DNA of 64,000 nucleotides from Magallana gigas (Eukaryota). Below the pieces are notes generated by a model, which had not been told where the DNA came from, ran no database searches, and saw nothing but the letters and a program-made list of their open reading frames with translations. Made by a program: the position numbers and the translations under genes. The stretch's first letter is position 1. Each line of letters starts with the position of its first letter. Location of the stretch: contig NC_088855.1 in the NCBI RefSeq assembly GCF_963853765.1, forward strand, positions 11,284,001 through 11,348,000. Reading direction: 5' to 3'. This document shows, one piece after another, positions 61,714 through 64,000 of this stretch.

Positions 61714-62049
61714 GGTGGAATAACACATCATCACAAAATGGCTGACCTCTTACCGAAACGACATGTCGTTTTATTAAGGGATTTTATCGACAGGAATGTG
61801 TCACCTACTCCATAGCCAAGTGGATAAAGTGTTGGACTTGTGATCCCTACATCCCGAGTTCGTATACCGAATTAAGGGGCTTTTGTTCTTACTTACTGAA
61901 CTGAATTTTTTATATATTCATTTTTTATCCCCAAACTGGAAATTTTTCGCTTATTTGACATATGTACAGTTTATTTATGATTAAATCTTTCATAATCAAA
62001 TAGTTTAATGTTAATTTGATTGAGCTTTTTCCAGGTGTGTTATTCAACC
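61714..62049. mobile_element. Kolobok-like MITE containing a tRNA-like segment
   Basis: GGTGGAATAACAC.. / ..GTGTTATTCAACC termini, with TTAA at 61710-61713 and 62050-62053. An internal tRNA/SINE-head-like stretch at about 61809-61875 has A-box-like TAGCCAAGTGG and B-box-like GTTCGTATACC. Confidence 0.6.
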
Positions 62050-64000
62050 TTAATAAGGTAATCCAATATTTAATGTAGGCTCAATTTAATGATACAGAAA
62101 AACTCGTTTAAAACGAACACAGATATAGCTAGCGAAATTTCTTGGAAGTTTTGTGGAGTCCCCGGCAATATTCTTAACCATTGTTAACAAATCATAGCAA
62201 AGTTAACGGTTTTAATGAACTAGCATTGGTTATAACTAATTTACGAATACATGTATAAATATCGAATCGACTTTTAAAATAGTAGATGTGAAAAATAACG
62301 AAATTTACACTTTTAACAGCGAATTGGTTCATAATTTAAAAAAAAATATATTTTGTGAAAATCATTGCAGTACGCGTACGCTCTGTGGGCCTGATATATT
62401 AAAATGACAAAGTATATACCCCCCTCCCCCCCCCCCAACTACACTGCTCTCGAAGGAGGGGGGGGGGGGTGAAACAGAAAAGGAAAGTCAACCTGATATT
62501 ATAAATTTTTACCAAGGGATGATGATTTCGATAGGAGAGTTTCTACATATGTTATACTCCATTTTCCTGGTGACCTGGCTATGAAAAAGGGCTAGCTTGA
62601 TATAGTCTGTCCCAAGATATTTATTTGCTGCACATTAATACGATTTAAAAAAAATACATATACCTGTATACCTGTGAAAGAAGTGCAATTGAAATCGATG
62701 AAAGGAAAAAAGATAACTTTAAGAGGTATTTAAAAAATATCGAATAATTTAAGAAATGCAGAATAAGGCAATGAGGCTTGTATGCTTAATTATCAATTTC
62801 CAGCCACACAATCCTAATTTTACGACTTTGTTACAATTAGGGGTCATACAATTGAAATGGCAGAAACAATTTACAATAAAAAAGTTTTCTTTGGTGATTC
62901 ATGTGGGACATGAGAATAGCGATATTGCAGAAATAATTTATATATATAACCCGAATTCTATAATGTTTATTTTTAAATTATAGCTTTAATTTCTTATAAC
63001 AAACTAATCAATTTATCGTAAAGTAAATCGTTTTTTAATAAACAATGTACGTTAAATAAAAGAAATAGCCAATTCGTCTTATATCAAATTAGAGTCTGGC
63101 ATCGTCATGGTTATTTCGTGCAGTTCGTGATTTTTTTTTAGGTTGCTGAAGGTTTCGACCGATCGATAAACCGGTTAGAACTTGATTGTGCAGATTTCAA
63201 CCCTTTCAGTTTTTAAACCTTGCTCTCTGAAATAACCTTATGAAACCAGGTAAAATCTTCAAAGATTCGAGATATAGAGGTTGAAATGCATGAAAAAATA
63301 GTAAATTGGAGTTCAACCTTTTACATGATTTCGGAGTGCATAGGTTCAACTGTAACTTTCAATTTTGCGAAATGTTCACAACTTTGCACACACACAAAAT
63401 GCACACACCAAAATGCAGCAAAATTAGTCGAAAATAGCTTGTTGGAGGCGTAAAAGGCCAGCCATCTTCACGTTTTGACCCGCGCCCATACATTGTAGAA
63501 CCATTTTAAAAAGGCCTTGGACTTTCAGTAGGACGTAACTATCTACTTATTGCGTCAAAACAAGTTAAAAAATGACACTGGATTCAGGCGAAATATGTAC
63601 ACCGATTGCGTAGCCTAAGCTCAAAAGCCAGATATATCTTGTTGATTTCAAAGAGCCATAGCTGAGTGGCCAGCAATGAAACAGGCAGGCCTACGTCACA
63701 TTGCTGTTTGACACAACTACCCAAAGTCCAAGCTCTTGTTAAAATGATTCTATTTAGCTTATACTTCGAGACGGTAGCCATGTTTTTTATGTGCTGACAT
63801 GCTATACGTTTATGGATATTGATTGCATTATACATGCACTTTAGTTACCTTAAAAGAATGACCATCTCTGGTGTAAATTTTTGTTTACATAGTTTATTTT
63901 TCAGATCACATTTTGATGTTCTTAAAGCATCTATCAAATTCATACATTTTAACTAAAAGTTTGTCTTTTAATTAACAATACCATTATTAAACATGTAAAG

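Noticed and set aside
61809-61875. Functional tRNA gene
   Set aside because: The acceptor and T stems are poorly paired and the segment sits inside a MITE, so it is better treated as a SINE-head or pseudo-tRNA.
63584-63835. 83-aa minus-strand ORF, possible THAP or transposase relic
   Set aside because: No convincing motif or splice structure.

Overview
AT-rich eukaryotic genomic DNA, most consistent with a bivalve mollusc such as an oyster (inferred from the repeat content and abundant TACATGTA). There are four assembly gaps (N-runs at 20833-20992, 21660-21792, 49361-49497, 51013-51148). The first 41.5 kb hold a head-to-tail tandem array of at least eight otopetrin-like (OTOP proton-channel fold) genes on the + strand, each with a single coding exon: A (3-896, 5'-truncated by the window), B (pseudogene, about 1583-3094), C (6992-8542), D (12008-13552), E (18430-19956), F (27651-29201), G (32806-34359) and H (39988/40093-41538). 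Only copy C keeps the canonical proton-pathway residues (TM6 Glu, TM10 Glu, TM12 FYR). The other open copies carry a charge reversal FYR to (F/Y/S)YD with co-varying changes, while the Gln-Asn-Tyr triad is kept in all full-length copies. This is the best candidate here for an undescribed channel or receptor family. From 42 to 49 kb lies a nested transposon stack (LINE interrupted by a Ginger1-like element that itself carries a LINE fragment). An 18-exon SAC1 phosphoinositide phosphatase gene (49623-57778, +, 600 aa) contains a U12-type intron. A convergent 4-exon MPV17/PMP22-family gene (59141-60785, -, 173 aa) follows. Intergenic DNA holds MITEs (Kolobok-like, Tc1/mariner-like, an IS3EU-like foldback), palindromic hairpin elements, SINE remnants and simple repeats. 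All calls were made by eye without database searches.
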